A DNA stretch of 64,000 nt from Dehalococcoidia bacterium (lineage in GTDB: Bacteria > Chloroflexota > Dehalococcoidia > Plut-88900). Shown here piece after piece: positions 29,897 to 40,128 of the stretch. The notes beneath the pieces are model-generated. The model was not told the origin of the DNA. It ran no database searches and was given only the letters and a program-made list of their open reading frames with translations. How positions within the stretch are numbered: the first letter of the stretch is position 1; the number at the start of each line of letters is the position of its first letter. The stretch spans positions 1 through 64,000 of the forward strand of contig CBDFLQ010000007.1 in assembly GCA_965249275.1 (NCBI GenBank). Direction: 5' to 3'. A program made the translations under genes and the position numbers.

Positions 29897-31468
29897 ATGA
29901 CACTAGACAAGATATCAAAGGCCGAATTTGGCGACTTTCAAACCCCACGGAATCTTGCCCGCGACGCATGTTTGGTTGTTAAGCGCACCGGTTTCTCTCC
30001 AGCATCAGTCATTGAGCCAACTTGTGGTAGTGGTTCCTTCCTCCAGGCCGCTCTTGAGGTGTTCCCTACAGTAAACCATCTTCTCGGGGTAGACCGAGAC
30101 CCCGGTTACGTTCAAGAAGCCAAGGTGGTTCTGAGTCGGATCAGAAAGGACCAGCATGCCCAGGTTATCCAGAGGGAATTCTTCAACACTGATTGGTCGT
30201 CCCTTGTCTCAAATCTGCCAAGCCCGCTTCTGATTTTGGGCAACCCGCCTTGGGTAACAAATGCGGCTCTAGGTGCTATGGGAAGTGTGAATCTTCCTAA
30301 GAAAACAAACTGTGACAATCTACGAGGGTTAGATGCTCTGACCGGAAAGTCTAACTTCGACATATCTGAATGGATGCTACGCCAAAACCTTGCCTGGATT
30401 GCCGAAAAAGCAGGGATGCTGGCCGTCCTTTGTAAGACGACAGTTGCAAGAAAAGTCCTGTCATATGCATGGTCCCGCAAGTTGCCAATCAACTCTGCGG
30501 CAATTTACCGTATAGACGCGAAGGCACACTTCAATGCATCAGTAGATGCGTGTCTGCTTGTCGTGAGTTGCCAACCGGGCTCTACGTCAAAAGACTGCCG
30601 TGACTACCCATCCCTTCAGGCTACCAACTCTAATGTAATTTTTGGTATGCGTGACGGCACTCTTGTCGCAAACGTTGGTAATTATGAGCGCTGGCATGGG
30701 CTCTTGCGCCGTGGCCTTTCTGGTTGGCGTTCAGGAATCAAACATGACTGCAGCAAGGTCTTCGAGCTTGTTTTGCGCAATGCCAAGTACGAGAACGGAC
30801 TGGGCATGAAGGTCGATGTTGAAGCTGAGGTATTATTTCCACTACTGAAGAGTTCAGACCTTGCCATGAAAAGGCGGCCACACAGGTGGTTGTTCGTACC
30901 GCAAAAAACGATGACAGCATCACCAGATAACCTCAAGAAGGATGCCCCCAAGGCATGGACATACCTCCTTGCGAACGCCGATCTTTTGGCGAGGCGAGGC
31001 AGTTCGATATATAACGGTCGTCCGCCCTTTTCGATCTTTGGCGTAGGCGACTACTCCTTCTCACCTTGGAAGGTCGCAATTGCAGGCTTATACAAGAATC
31101 TCGCGTTTTCCGAGGTTGCTCCATTTCAAAATCGCCCGGTCGTCTTTGATGATACATGTTACTTTTTCTCTTGTAAGTCGGAAGAAGAGAGCAAAGCGCT
31201 GCACGAGATTGTGGAGTCAGAGGTCGCGCAAGAATTCTGGTCAGCCTTTGTTTTTTGGGACGCAAAACGCCCAATCACCGCCAAGATTCTTAACCTACTC
31301 GATTTTGCGGCACTCGCCCGTGAGACAGGCAGGGAATCTGATGTAGTTCGCATTCTCGCTGAAAGGCAGATAGTTCACTACACTGAGGAAGCACATCAGC
31401 AATTGATGTTCAGAGAAGACTCTGAGGAATATTGTGTTCATCTAAACAAAGACCACCACGGCAGGTGA
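29897..31468 (+). CDS. Amino-DNA methyltransferase, M.NspV-like
   Basis: EFGDFQTP, IEPTCGSG, GNPPW, TGKSNFDISE. Confidence 0.85.
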   Translation: MTLDKISKAEFGDFQTPRNLARDACLVVKRTGFSPASVIEPTCGSGSFLQAALEVFPTVNHLLGVDRDPGYVQEAKVVLSRIRKDQHAQVIQREFFNTDWSSLVSNLPSPLLILGNPPWVTNAALGAMGSVNLPKKTNCDNLRGLDALTGKSNFDISEWMLRQNLAWIAEKAGMLAVLCKTTVARKVLSYAWSRKLPINSAAIYRIDAKAHFNASVDACLLVVSCQPGSTSKDCRDYPSLQATNSNVIFGMRDGTLVANVGNYERWHGLLRRGLSGWRSGIKHDCSKVFELVLRNAKYENGLGMKVDVEAEVLFPLLKSSDLAMKRRPHRWLFVPQKTMTASPDNLKKDAPKAWTYLLANADLLARRGSSIYNGRPPFSIFGVGDYSFSPWKVAIAGLYKNLAFSEVAPFQNRPVVFDDTCYFFSCKSEEESKALHEIVESEVAQEFWSAFVFWDAKRPITAKILNLLDFAALARETGRESDVVRILAERQIVHYTEEAHQQLMFREDSEEYCVHLNKDHHGR

Positions 31469-31554
31469 TGGACAGCCTGACCCTGTTCGGCGAGCAGGTT
31501 ATGCCCAGGTTCGACAGGACGGCCCCGGCCATCGGGGCGCCGGTGGTAGGTTAG
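31459..31554 (+). repeat. Direct repeat A2 (duplicated LLM 3' end), right flank of R-M cassette
   Basis: Encodes RQVMDSLTLFGEQVMPRFDRTAPAIGAPVVG* versus ...AIGAGVAG* in A1. Confidence 0.95.
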
Positions 31555-31586
31555 GCAAACTATTCGTTCACGGAGGACTCACACCA

Positions 31587-32033
31587 GTGCAGAGCACAGC
31601 CCAGACCGTAGAAGAGTATCTGGCCGAACTACCCCCCGACCGTCGACTCGCGTTGAGTGAGGTCCGCAAGGCCATCCTAGAAAACCTGCCCATGGGCTTC
31701 GAGGAAACAATGGACTTTGGGATGATAGGATACGTGGTCCCTCTTGAGACCTACCCGAAAACGTACAACGGCCATCCCCTGTTGTATGCGGCGTTGGCGT
31801 CGCAGAAAAACCACATGTCGCTGTATCTGATGTGCAGCTACTCGCATGAAGGGTCGAGAGCGTGGTTCATGGACGAGCTAGAGAAGCGGGGCAAAAAGCT
31901 CAGCATCGGGAAGGCGTGCATACGGTTTAAGCGGCTGGAAGACCTGCCCCTTGACCTCGTTGGAGAGGCGATAGCCTGCAGCTCGGTGGAGGGGTACATA
32001 GAGATATACGAGACGGCCCGCAAGTGCCGGTAG
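31587..32033 (+). CDS. DUF1801 domain protein
   Basis: TVEEYLAELP, ALASQKNHMSLY, GKACIRFKRLEDLPL. Confidence 0.85.
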   Translation: MQSTAQTVEEYLAELPPDRRLALSEVRKAILENLPMGFEETMDFGMIGYVVPLETYPKTYNGHPLLYAALASQKNHMSLYLMCSYSHEGSRAWFMDELEKRGKKLSIGKACIRFKRLEDLPLDLVGEAIACSSVEGYIEIYETARKCR

Positions 32034-32068
32034 TAGACGCCCGCACTCCACAACTCAGGAGACCCGAC

Positions 32069-33523
32069 ATGGCAGACATGCTCATAACTGGCGCCACCGT
32101 CATCACCATGGACCGCGAGAGGCGGGTGATAGAGGACGGGGCTGTGGCCATAAATGGCGACCGGATCACCGCAGTCGGGAGCCGTGCCGAGATCGAAGCT
32201 GCCCACTCAGCTCCCACGGTAATCGACGCCAGCAGGATGGTCTGCCTGCCAGGTCTGGTCGACGTGCACGGCCATGCGGGCCACGCCCTGGTCAAGACCA
32301 TGGACCACGACTCCTTTACCCGCTGGCGGGAAACCGTCGAGCTCATCTACGCCGAGGGTGTCGACGAAGAATTCTGGTACGCCGAGGCCTCTCTAGCCGC
32401 GCTGGAAAGGCTGAAGTTTGGGACCACCACGGGTCTCAGCTACTTCGGCGGTGGTCGGATGCTCATCCGCACCGACGACCCGGTCTACGCCGAGCAGCAC
32501 TGCGAGGCCGTGGCCGCGGTCGGGATCCGGGAGTTTCTGGCCGTGGGCCCATGCTCTCCCCCCTTCCCCCGGCGCTTTGTCCGCTGGGACGGGGACAGCA
32601 AGAACGAATATCTTGCTGACTTCGATCGTCAAATGGCTACGACTGAGGACATCGTCAACAGGTGGAACGGCGGGGCCGACGGCCGGATAAGCGTATGCCT
32701 GACCTCATCGACGATGAACATGTCGCGCCCGCCGTACGCCGGGTTGCCGATGAATGAGCTGAAAGCCGAGGCCCGCACAGTGAGAAACTTGGTGGACCGG
32801 CTCGGGGTGCTGCTTACCCAGGACGGCCACACCACCGGGACTATAGCCTTTGCCCACAAGGAGCTCGGCATCCTCGGGCCGAACGTGATTTTGTCGCACA
32901 GCGTGGGGCTCACGGATGAAGAGATCGCAATATGCGCCGAGACCGACACCAAGATTGCCCACAATCCCAGCTCCCCCAACTCGTACCCGGCACGCTGCCC
33001 AGTACCCCAGCTCCTCGACGCCGGGGTCACCGTGGCCCTTGGTTCAGACGCGGCCTCCCCGGACATGAACTACGACATGTTCCGCCACATGTACTCGTGC
33101 ATGAGGCAGCACAGGGCGCAGTTCGGCGAAGGAGCCTACATCCCACCCGGAAAGGCCCTGGAGATGGCGACCATAGACGGGGCGCGGGCCTTGGGCATGG
33201 AGGCGGAAATCGGGTCTCTGGAGCCGGGCAAGAAGGCAGACCTGATCCTGGTGGACATGGACAAGCCTCACCTATACCCACTCAACATGCCCGTCCACAG
33301 GATAACCAACTTCGCCGGTGGGCAGGACGTAGACACCGTAATAGTGGACGGCAAGGTACTAATGCAAGGCCGAGTCGTGAGCACGGTGGACGAGTCGGAG
33401 GTGCTGGCTCGTGCGCAACAGGCAACCGAGACCATGCTGGAACGCACGGGCTTGCAGTCGAGCCTGGGTATGGGAGAGGGGTTCTGGGGCAAGAGCCGAT
33501 ATCCGGGGGCCTGGGACGGGTAG
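32069..33523 (+). CDS. Metal-dependent amidohydrolase (MTA/SAH deaminase / AtzA-like)
   Basis: PGLVDVHGH, HNP, LGSD, ATIDGARALG, GSLEPGKKAD. Confidence 0.85.
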   Translation: MADMLITGATVITMDRERRVIEDGAVAINGDRITAVGSRAEIEAAHSAPTVIDASRMVCLPGLVDVHGHAGHALVKTMDHDSFTRWRETVELIYAEGVDEEFWYAEASLAALERLKFGTTTGLSYFGGGRMLIRTDDPVYAEQHCEAVAAVGIREFLAVGPCSPPFPRRFVRWDGDSKNEYLADFDRQMATTEDIVNRWNGGADGRISVCLTSSTMNMSRPPYAGLPMNELKAEARTVRNLVDRLGVLLTQDGHTTGTIAFAHKELGILGPNVILSHSVGLTDEEIAICAETDTKIAHNPSSPNSYPARCPVPQLLDAGVTVALGSDAASPDMNYDMFRHMYSCMRQHRAQFGEGAYIPPGKALEMATIDGARALGMEAEIGSLEPGKKADLILVDMDKPHLYPLNMPVHRITNFAGGQDVDTVIVDGKVLMQGRVVSTVDESEVLARAQQATETMLERTGLQSSLGMGEGFWGKSRYPGAWDG

Positions 33524-33648
33524 TAACCAAGTTGTTTTTATTGCCGCTATAATGCAAGCCACCCTCGTCGCTTTGCGCTAGAGGGGCAGACATGGTGGCA
33601 AGGTAACGAAAGTGTCTTTAGTTCGCGATTATTCCAGGAGGTGTAGGG

Positions 33649-34830
33649 ATGATAGAAAGATTCAGTATTCTGTATGCCGGCCACGTCAACGTCGATAATA
33701 TGGGATATGCCGGAACGCCGGCCAACGAGCGGTTTCTTTCGGATGAGGACCTGGCCTCGGCCCTCACCATTACCGACGAAATAGCCCAGACCGCCGACCG
33801 GCTCGGGTATCACACCCTGTGGATGGCGGAACACCACTTCCAGCGGGAAGGGTACGAGTGCCTTCCCAACCTCCTGATGCAGAGTGTGCACCTGGCCCAC
33901 ATCACCAAGAACCTGAAATTCGGGTGCGCGTTCAACGTGCCGCCCATGTGGAATCCACTGCGTCTCGCCGAAGACTACGCCCTTGCCGACCACCTGACGG
34001 ACGGCAGGGTTATCTTCGGGGTCGGGCGCGGATATCACACCCGGGAAGTGGAGTCCTTTGGAGCGCCCATGGTGGACAGAGACGCGAACAGGGACTATTT
34101 CGAAGAGCAGGTGGAGGTCATTTTCAAGGCCTTTAACAACCGCTCCTTCTCCCACCACGGCAAATACTTCGATATCCCTCCCAAAGTGCCTTACCGGGGC
34201 TACGAGCTGGAGGAGATAACCCTGGTCCCCAGGCCCAAGCACCTGCCCGTTGAGTGCTGGCAGCCGATAGTGAGCTCCAACCCGCGAGGCATTGATTTCA
34301 TGATCAAGCACGGGATCAAGGCCATCTCGGGTGGGGGCGCAGCCCCCGGCGGCGCCTCCCGGAGGGTTGTGGAGCTTTGGAGAGATTCTTTAGTCAAGTC
34401 AGGCCGAAACGCGGAACTCGGAGAAGACTTGATTATCGGCGAGAAATTCCACATGGCCGACAGCCGAGAGAAAGCCATAGAAGAGGCTCGGCCCTATTTC
34501 GAGGAGAACACGAAGATGTTCGGGCCCTTGGGGTTCGTCGGGGGTCTGAGCGAGGAGCAGAAGAAGGGCTTGGAAAATCCGACACAGGAGCTTTGGGCCA
34601 GCCTGCCCACCATCGAAGACGACGTCCGGTCGGGGAACTTCCTGTGCGGCACTCCTGCGCAGGTAATCGAGCCTCTGATGCTGCTTCAAGACCTATATCC
34701 GGGTCTGCGGGAAATCAACATCCAACCCATGATATCGACACCCTCGAAGGTCATCCTCGAGCAGATCGAATGGTTTGCCAAAGAAGTGATGCCGGCTTTT
34801 CAGGTGAAACAACCCAGTGCGGCCAGCTGA
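33649..34830 (+). CDS. LLM-class flavin-dependent oxidoreductase
   Basis: WMAEHHFQREGYE, PLRLAEDYA, GVGRGYHTRE. Confidence 0.9.
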   Translation: MIERFSILYAGHVNVDNMGYAGTPANERFLSDEDLASALTITDEIAQTADRLGYHTLWMAEHHFQREGYECLPNLLMQSVHLAHITKNLKFGCAFNVPPMWNPLRLAEDYALADHLTDGRVIFGVGRGYHTREVESFGAPMVDRDANRDYFEEQVEVIFKAFNNRSFSHHGKYFDIPPKVPYRGYELEEITLVPRPKHLPVECWQPIVSSNPRGIDFMIKHGIKAISGGGAAPGGASRRVVELWRDSLVKSGRNAELGEDLIIGEKFHMADSREKAIEEARPYFEENTKMFGPLGFVGGLSEEQKKGLENPTQELWASLPTIEDDVRSGNFLCGTPAQVIEPLMLLQDLYPGLREINIQPMISTPSKVILEQIEWFAKEVMPAFQVKQPSAAS

Positions 34831-34893
34831 ATGGACGTGGAGAGCAATGGGCCTAGATTCCATCTCGACTCAGACTCGTAGGAGCAAGCGAAC

Positions 34894-36117
34894 ATGAAGG
34901 TTTCCTATTTCCATTTGATGCCATACCAGGACCTGCCCCGGGACTTCGAGTCCCAGTACCACAGCGCGTGGGTCGACCTGCCCAACGAGCACTTCGACTC
35001 GGCGAAAGGTGGACAGTACTACAGAGAATACCTGGCCCAGCTCCAGCACGCAGACCAACTGGGCTTCGACGGCATCTGCGTCAACGAGCACCACGGCAAT
35101 GCCTATGGCCTGATGCCCTCTCCGAACCTGATGGCGAGCATCCTGACCCAGACCACATCCGACGCGGCGCTCATAGTGCTGGGCAACAGCCTTGCTCTCT
35201 ATCAGCCACCGCTCAGGGTGGCGGAGGAGATGGCTATGCTCGACATAATGAGTGGCGGCAGGCTCGTAGCTGGGTTCCCGGTCGGGACTTCCATGGACAC
35301 GACATTCTCCTATGGACAAGTCCCGTTGCAACTGCGGGAACGCCACGCCGAAGCACACGACCTGATTATGAAGTCGTGGTCGGAGAGGAAACCATTCGCC
35401 TTCAATGGGAAGTACACCAAGCTGCGGTACGTGAACGTCTGGCCCCGACCCCTACAGAAGCCTCACCCACCGGTCTGGATACCGGGAAGCGGGAGTTTGG
35501 AGACGTGGGACTGGGTGCTTAACCACAACTACGTCTACTGCTACCTGAGCTACTTCGGGTACCAGAGGGCCGAGAAAGTGGTGCAGGGCTACTGGAACAC
35601 CGTCGCCGAGCGGGGTATCGACGATAACCCACACAGGTTTGGGTTCCTTCAGTTGGTGTGCGTCTCGGAGACGGATGAGCAGGCGGAGAAGGACTACGCG
35701 GAGCACGTGAAGTACTTCTACCAGAAGATGCTCTGGATACACCCGCCCTTTGCGGAGGCGCCCGGGTACCGTTCGATAAACTCGATGCGGAATTCGGCAA
35801 GAGCGCAGACGGGAAAGGAAGCGGCGAAAGCAGCGCTGGAGATGGGCTGGAAGGACTACGTGGAGAAGGGGCACATCATCGCCGGGAGCCCGAGCACCGT
35901 GCGTGAGCAGCTTACCGACGCGGTCAAGAGGCTGAGGATCGGCCACCTGATGTGCCTGCTGCACATTGGCAGTATGCCCGACGAGATAGCCCGCAAGAAC
36001 ACGGAGCTCTTTGCCAAGGAAGTTATGCCGGGCCTCCAGGGATTATTCAGCGAGTACGACGACCCGTGGTGGCCGCAAGCTGTGTCGAGACCCGTGGCGG
36101 CTCCTACGGTAGGCTAG
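34894..36117 (+). CDS. LLM-class flavin-dependent oxidoreductase
   Basis: NEHH..AYGLMPSPN, RVAEEMAMLD, PRPLQKPHPPVW. Confidence 0.9.
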   Translation: MKVSYFHLMPYQDLPRDFESQYHSAWVDLPNEHFDSAKGGQYYREYLAQLQHADQLGFDGICVNEHHGNAYGLMPSPNLMASILTQTTSDAALIVLGNSLALYQPPLRVAEEMAMLDIMSGGRLVAGFPVGTSMDTTFSYGQVPLQLRERHAEAHDLIMKSWSERKPFAFNGKYTKLRYVNVWPRPLQKPHPPVWIPGSGSLETWDWVLNHNYVYCYLSYFGYQRAEKVVQGYWNTVAERGIDDNPHRFGFLQLVCVSETDEQAEKDYAEHVKYFYQKMLWIHPPFAEAPGYRSINSMRNSARAQTGKEAAKAALEMGWKDYVEKGHIIAGSPSTVREQLTDAVKRLRIGHLMCLLHIGSMPDEIARKNTELFAKEVMPGLQGLFSEYDDPWWPQAVSRPVAAPTVG

Positions 36118-36136
36118 AAGATTTCGGAGAAAACAC

Positions 36137-36931
36137 TTGGTCGAATTCAGAGAAACAACGCTCTCCCTGCGGGGAGGCAAGTTCGAGATTCAGCTCGTGG
36201 AAGGGGGCTCGGGGCCCGACTTGCTCTACCTCCACGGAGAGCATGGGTTCTCGGGGTGGGCCCCATTCATCGACGCCCTCGCCGAAAACTTCCACATATA
36301 TGCTCCAGCCCACCCAGGCGTCGCCGACTCCATTGGCCTGGAGGAACTGGATGATTGCTGGGACCTGGTCCTCTTCTACGAAGAGCTAATGACGGGGCTG
36401 GGGATCGAGGGCGCGGGAGTCGTGGGCCATTCCTACGGCGGCATGGTGGCCGCCGAGCTGGCAGCGCATAGGAAGGACCTCGTGTCCAGGTTGGCATTGG
36501 TGGCATCCCTCGGTCTTTGGCGGGATGAAGTTCCCACCCTGGACTTCTTCACACTGACACCATCAGAGGAGGCGAAGGCCTTTTGCTTTGACCCTGAAAG
36601 TGAAGCGGCAAAGTCGGCCTTCGCTATGCCATCGGACCCAGAGGCCAGGAAGGAAGCGATGATCGAGCGGGCCAAGACCCTCTCGTCTATCGGCAAGTTC
36701 ATCTGGCCCATCCCCGACCGCGGGCTGCCTAAGAGAGCGCACCGTATCGGCGCGCCGACGCTGCTGGTGTGGGGCGATTCCGACAAGATAGTGCCGCCGG
36801 AATACGGGAATGCGTTTCAGGACCTGATTGCCGGTTCAGAGTTGCAGGTGATCGAGAACTGTGGTCACCTGCCCCAATACGAGCAACCCGAGGCATTCGT
36901 GTCGGCAGTGTCGGCATTCATGGCCCGATAA
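36137..36931 (+). CDS. Alpha/beta fold hydrolase
   Basis: YLHG, GHSYGG nucleophile elbow, WGDSD, GHLP. Confidence 0.88.
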   Translation: MVEFRETTLSLRGGKFEIQLVEGGSGPDLLYLHGEHGFSGWAPFIDALAENFHIYAPAHPGVADSIGLEELDDCWDLVLFYEELMTGLGIEGAGVVGHSYGGMVAAELAAHRKDLVSRLALVASLGLWRDEVPTLDFFTLTPSEEAKAFCFDPESEAAKSAFAMPSDPEARKEAMIERAKTLSSIGKFIWPIPDRGLPKRAHRIGAPTLLVWGDSDKIVPPEYGNAFQDLIAGSELQVIENCGHLPQYEQPEAFVSAVSAFMAR

Positions 36932-36949
36932 GGACAAAAGAGAAATAGC

Positions 36950-37034
36950 ATGGGTGCGTACAGGGTGATCTCCTCCGACTCCCACATAATCGAACCGCCG
37001 GACCTGTGGACGGCGAGGGTCTAGGGTCGGTTCA
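36950..37034 (+). pseudogene. Duplicated 5' fragment of the 38796 amidohydrolase (direct repeat B1)
   Basis: MGAYRVISSDSHIIEPPDLWTARV*GRF versus MAGYKIISSDSHIIEPPDLWTARVEGRF at 38796-38880; GAG->TAG. Confidence 0.9.
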
Positions 37035-37083
37035 TTACTGACCCCAAAGAGCTAGGCATACGACTTTGAGGAATGTTTGTTAA

Positions 37084-38514
37084 ATGGCTGAAACCTTAGC
37101 CCATATGTTGGGAGGTTTCGGGTTATTCCTCTTCGGGGTCTGGCAGCTGAGTGAGAGTCTCAAATCCCTGACGAGTTGGCGCCTTAGAGCTCTTGCGGCA
37201 AACTGGCTCCCCAATCGATTTGCCGCCTTTGGCTGGGGTTTTCTTGCTGGGGCCGTTGCCCAGACGATGTCGGGGATTACCTTCATAGTCGTGAGTATGC
37301 AAAGGGCGAAGTTGGTTCCTTCCCGACAGGCCTACGCTATCATCCTTGGCGCCAACTTTGGCGCGCACCTACTAGTATTAGTGGTTACATTGGACGTCAA
37401 CCTCGTTGCCCTCTACACGATCGGCGTTTCTAGCGTGTTGATCATAAGCCAGCGAGTGTTCAGATTTCGCTCGGCTGCATTGGCCGTGTTTGGGGCGGCG
37501 CTTCTATTCGTAGGGCTGATATTGATCAAGGAATCAGGTGAACTACTAGTCTTTCAGCCTTGGTTTGAAACGCTCATCGCGTGGACCAGCCGTTCCATTT
37601 GGTTCTCGTTTGCGGTAGCAGCCATACTCACACTCGTTGTCCAGTCGGCAGCGGTTGTGGCTGTGTTCGGTATTAGTATGGCGTCGGTAGGCGCGCTGAC
37701 CATTGATGAGACCATGATCTTCATTTATGGCAGCGCTGTAGGTTCGGGCCTAATCGTATTGCTGTTGTCGGTAAATCTGTCTGGAACATCGAGACAGCTT
37801 CCTATGTACCAGGCGCTGATTTGTTTTATTGATGGCGGAGTGCCCCTGGCGCTTCTTTTGATCGAATTGAATCTCGGAATCCCGATGGTAAAGGCATTCC
37901 TTTTGTCGATTGACGTGGACTTGAGTATGCAAATGGCCATATTGTTTCTCTTGCTGAACCTTCCGGCAGCGCCACTGTTTCTTATTCTTGGGCGGATTGA
38001 CCGACTATTTGGGCGCCTGTGGTCTGCTACAAAAGAAGAGGAGATGTCCCAACCTTTATACATAAACGATCACTCCTTTGGGGACGTGGCCATAGCCTTC
38101 TCCCTGGTGGACCTTGAGCAAAAGCGCGTACTATCGAGGTTTTCTCAATATCTGGACTTTGTTCGTCGTGATCGTGGAATCCAAAGTTTAATGACATCTA
38201 CCAGAGAGCTAAACTCTCACGTAGATATCTTCCTAAGAGACCTCAGTGCGCACCAATCGGACTTCGATACGGAATATATGATCTCAATACAAGGGCGACA
38301 GAAGCTCATCACCTGGTTAGAAGAGCAATTTTCGGAACTTTGCATCGGACTGAACTCGCTGGATGACACCCGTGCTCTGAGAGACTTCAAACATAGTTTT
38401 GTCGAAGGGATAGATGCAGTAATGCTGGTCCTCAACGATGACACAATGGCTGGCGATGTGGATTCGCAATATTTCTCAACGGAACTAACCAGTGACCGCA
38501 GCGGCTTGATGTGA
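37084..38514 (+). CDS. Na/Pi cotransporter family protein, probably truncated by a premature TGA (frame stays open to 38682)
   Basis: LGGFGLFLFG, ILGANFG, VVQSAA; after the TGA the frame reads EIRSTYLEGD...SAP* for 55 codons. Confidence 0.8.
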   Translation: MAETLAHMLGGFGLFLFGVWQLSESLKSLTSWRLRALAANWLPNRFAAFGWGFLAGAVAQTMSGITFIVVSMQRAKLVPSRQAYAIILGANFGAHLLVLVVTLDVNLVALYTIGVSSVLIISQRVFRFRSAALAVFGAALLFVGLILIKESGELLVFQPWFETLIAWTSRSIWFSFAVAAILTLVVQSAAVVAVFGISMASVGALTIDETMIFIYGSAVGSGLIVLLLSVNLSGTSRQLPMYQALICFIDGGVPLALLLIELNLGIPMVKAFLLSIDVDLSMQMAILFLLLNLPAAPLFLILGRIDRLFGRLWSATKEEEMSQPLYINDHSFGDVAIAFSLVDLEQKRVLSRFSQYLDFVRRDRGIQSLMTSTRELNSHVDIFLRDLSAHQSDFDTEYMISIQGRQKLITWLEEQFSELCIGLNSLDDTRALRDFKHSFVEGIDAVMLVLNDDTMAGDVDSQYFSTELTSDRSGLM

Positions 38515-38795
38515 GAAATACGGTCCACGTACCTTGAGGGTGACTTGAAGCTATCCAAAGAAAACAGGGCTCGGATCATGAATATAACCGATACGGCTGA
38601 ACGCATATTTTTCCTTCTTTCGAAGCTTACTGATGGAATTGAGGGCTTCAAAAGACCGAAAGTCAGCATGTCTGCACCTTAAGAATAGAACCTTGATTTG
38701 CCTCCTTGGGGAAATCTGTTACAACACGGATAGTGATATAGTGGATGCGCAACAATCCTAAGGTTCCAGTAACTTTGACCCACGGCAGGTGCCTT

Positions 38796-39917
38796 ATGGC
38801 TGGATACAAGATCATCTCCTCCGACTCCCACATAATCGAACCGCCGGACCTGTGGACGGCCAGGGTCGAGGGCCGGTTCAAGGAAAAGGCCCCGAGAGTC
38901 GTCTCGGAAGAGAATGGGGACTGGTGGTACATAGACGGCCATCGCACCAACTCATTTCAGAGCGGCGCCTTCGCAGGCGTGCGTTTCGAAAACCCCGAAG
39001 ACCTGCGTATGAGCGCCAAGTGGGAGAACGTTAGGCCCGGCGGCTTCATGATCGACGACAGGATTAAGGACCTGGACGCCGATGGCGTGGACGGCGAGGT
39101 CATCTACCCGACAGAAGGGTTGCTGGCCTACAACACCGGAGACCCGGAGCTGCTAACAGCGATATGCGCCACCTATAACGAAGCGATGTCCGAGTTCTGT
39201 AGCGCCGCTCCCGACAGGCTCAAAGGCATCGCCATGATCAACGTCGACGATGTCGCGAGTGCGGTGAAGGAGATGCACAGGAGCCGGCAGTTGGGACTCG
39301 TTGGTGCGATGATTACAGTCTATCCGACCGAAGACAAGTCCTACGATCGGCCCGTATACGAACCGTTCTGGGAGGCCGCCGAGGAACTGGGAATGCCGCT
39401 GAGTCTCCACGTCGCTACAGGCCGACCGGGGCCCGGACAGGAGTTCCAGGACCCTACCAACGTGCGGCCTGCGTTCTTCGCCACCGCCGACTACTGGGTG
39501 CGGGTCTCGTTGGCTCACATGATCTTCTCAGGGGTTTTTGAACGGCACCCGGGACTGAAAGTGATATCGGTGGAGCATGAGGTGGCGTGGGCGCCCTTCT
39601 TCATCGAACTGCTGGACTACACTTACACCCAACGCGCTCACCGAGGCCCCGGATGGCGCCGTTTCAAGCCGGGCGTATTGCCCAGTCACTTCTTCCGGTC
39701 CAACATCCTGATCAGTTTCCAGGAGGACGGACGAGGTATCAATGACCGCGCTGCGATAGGTGTCGACAACCTGATGTGGGGATCAGACTACCCGCACACG
39801 GAGTCGACGTTCCCCAGGTCGCGGCAGATCCTGGACGAGATCCTTGCCGGGGTCCCCGAGTACGAGAAGGCCAAGATAGTCGGCGGCAACGCCGCTCGGC
39901 TGTACAACTTCAACTAG
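38796..39917 (+). CDS. Amidohydrolase_2 family protein
   Basis: ISSDSHIIEP, EVIYPT, SLHV, WGSDYPH.E; ATG start at 38796. Confidence 0.88.
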   Translation: MAGYKIISSDSHIIEPPDLWTARVEGRFKEKAPRVVSEENGDWWYIDGHRTNSFQSGAFAGVRFENPEDLRMSAKWENVRPGGFMIDDRIKDLDADGVDGEVIYPTEGLLAYNTGDPELLTAICATYNEAMSEFCSAAPDRLKGIAMINVDDVASAVKEMHRSRQLGLVGAMITVYPTEDKSYDRPVYEPFWEAAEELGMPLSLHVATGRPGPGQEFQDPTNVRPAFFATADYWVRVSLAHMIFSGVFERHPGLKVISVEHEVAWAPFFIELLDYTYTQRAHRGPGWRRFKPGVLPSHFFRSNILISFQEDGRGINDRAAIGVDNLMWGSDYPHTESTFPRSRQILDEILAGVPEYEKAKIVGGNAARLYNFN

Positions 39918-39936
39918 TCTTCCCCGCCTCCCGCCT

Positions 39937-40073
39937 TCATTCCTGCGGAGGCAGGTCGCAGATGCGCCAAGGCGTGAAACCATCCCTCCTGAAGGCGCAC
40001 CCCCCGCCGAGCCGGAATCCATCCCTGGGGCCGAGGGGCCGCTCACCCTGAGCTCCGTCGAAGGGTCGAGCGG
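39937..40073. repeat. Cluster of REP-like palindromes
   Basis: TCATTCCTGCGGAGGCAGG...GGAATCCA (dRS3/RPE-like, interrupted) and CCGCTCACCCTGAGCTCCGTCGAAGGGTCGAGCGG (CCCTTCGAC..GCTCAGGG type on minus strand). Confidence 0.55.
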
Positions 40074-40128
40074 GGGGGCCGCACTTGCCGACCCGTCGCG
40101 CCCGCCCCCCAAAAGTGACACGAACCCC

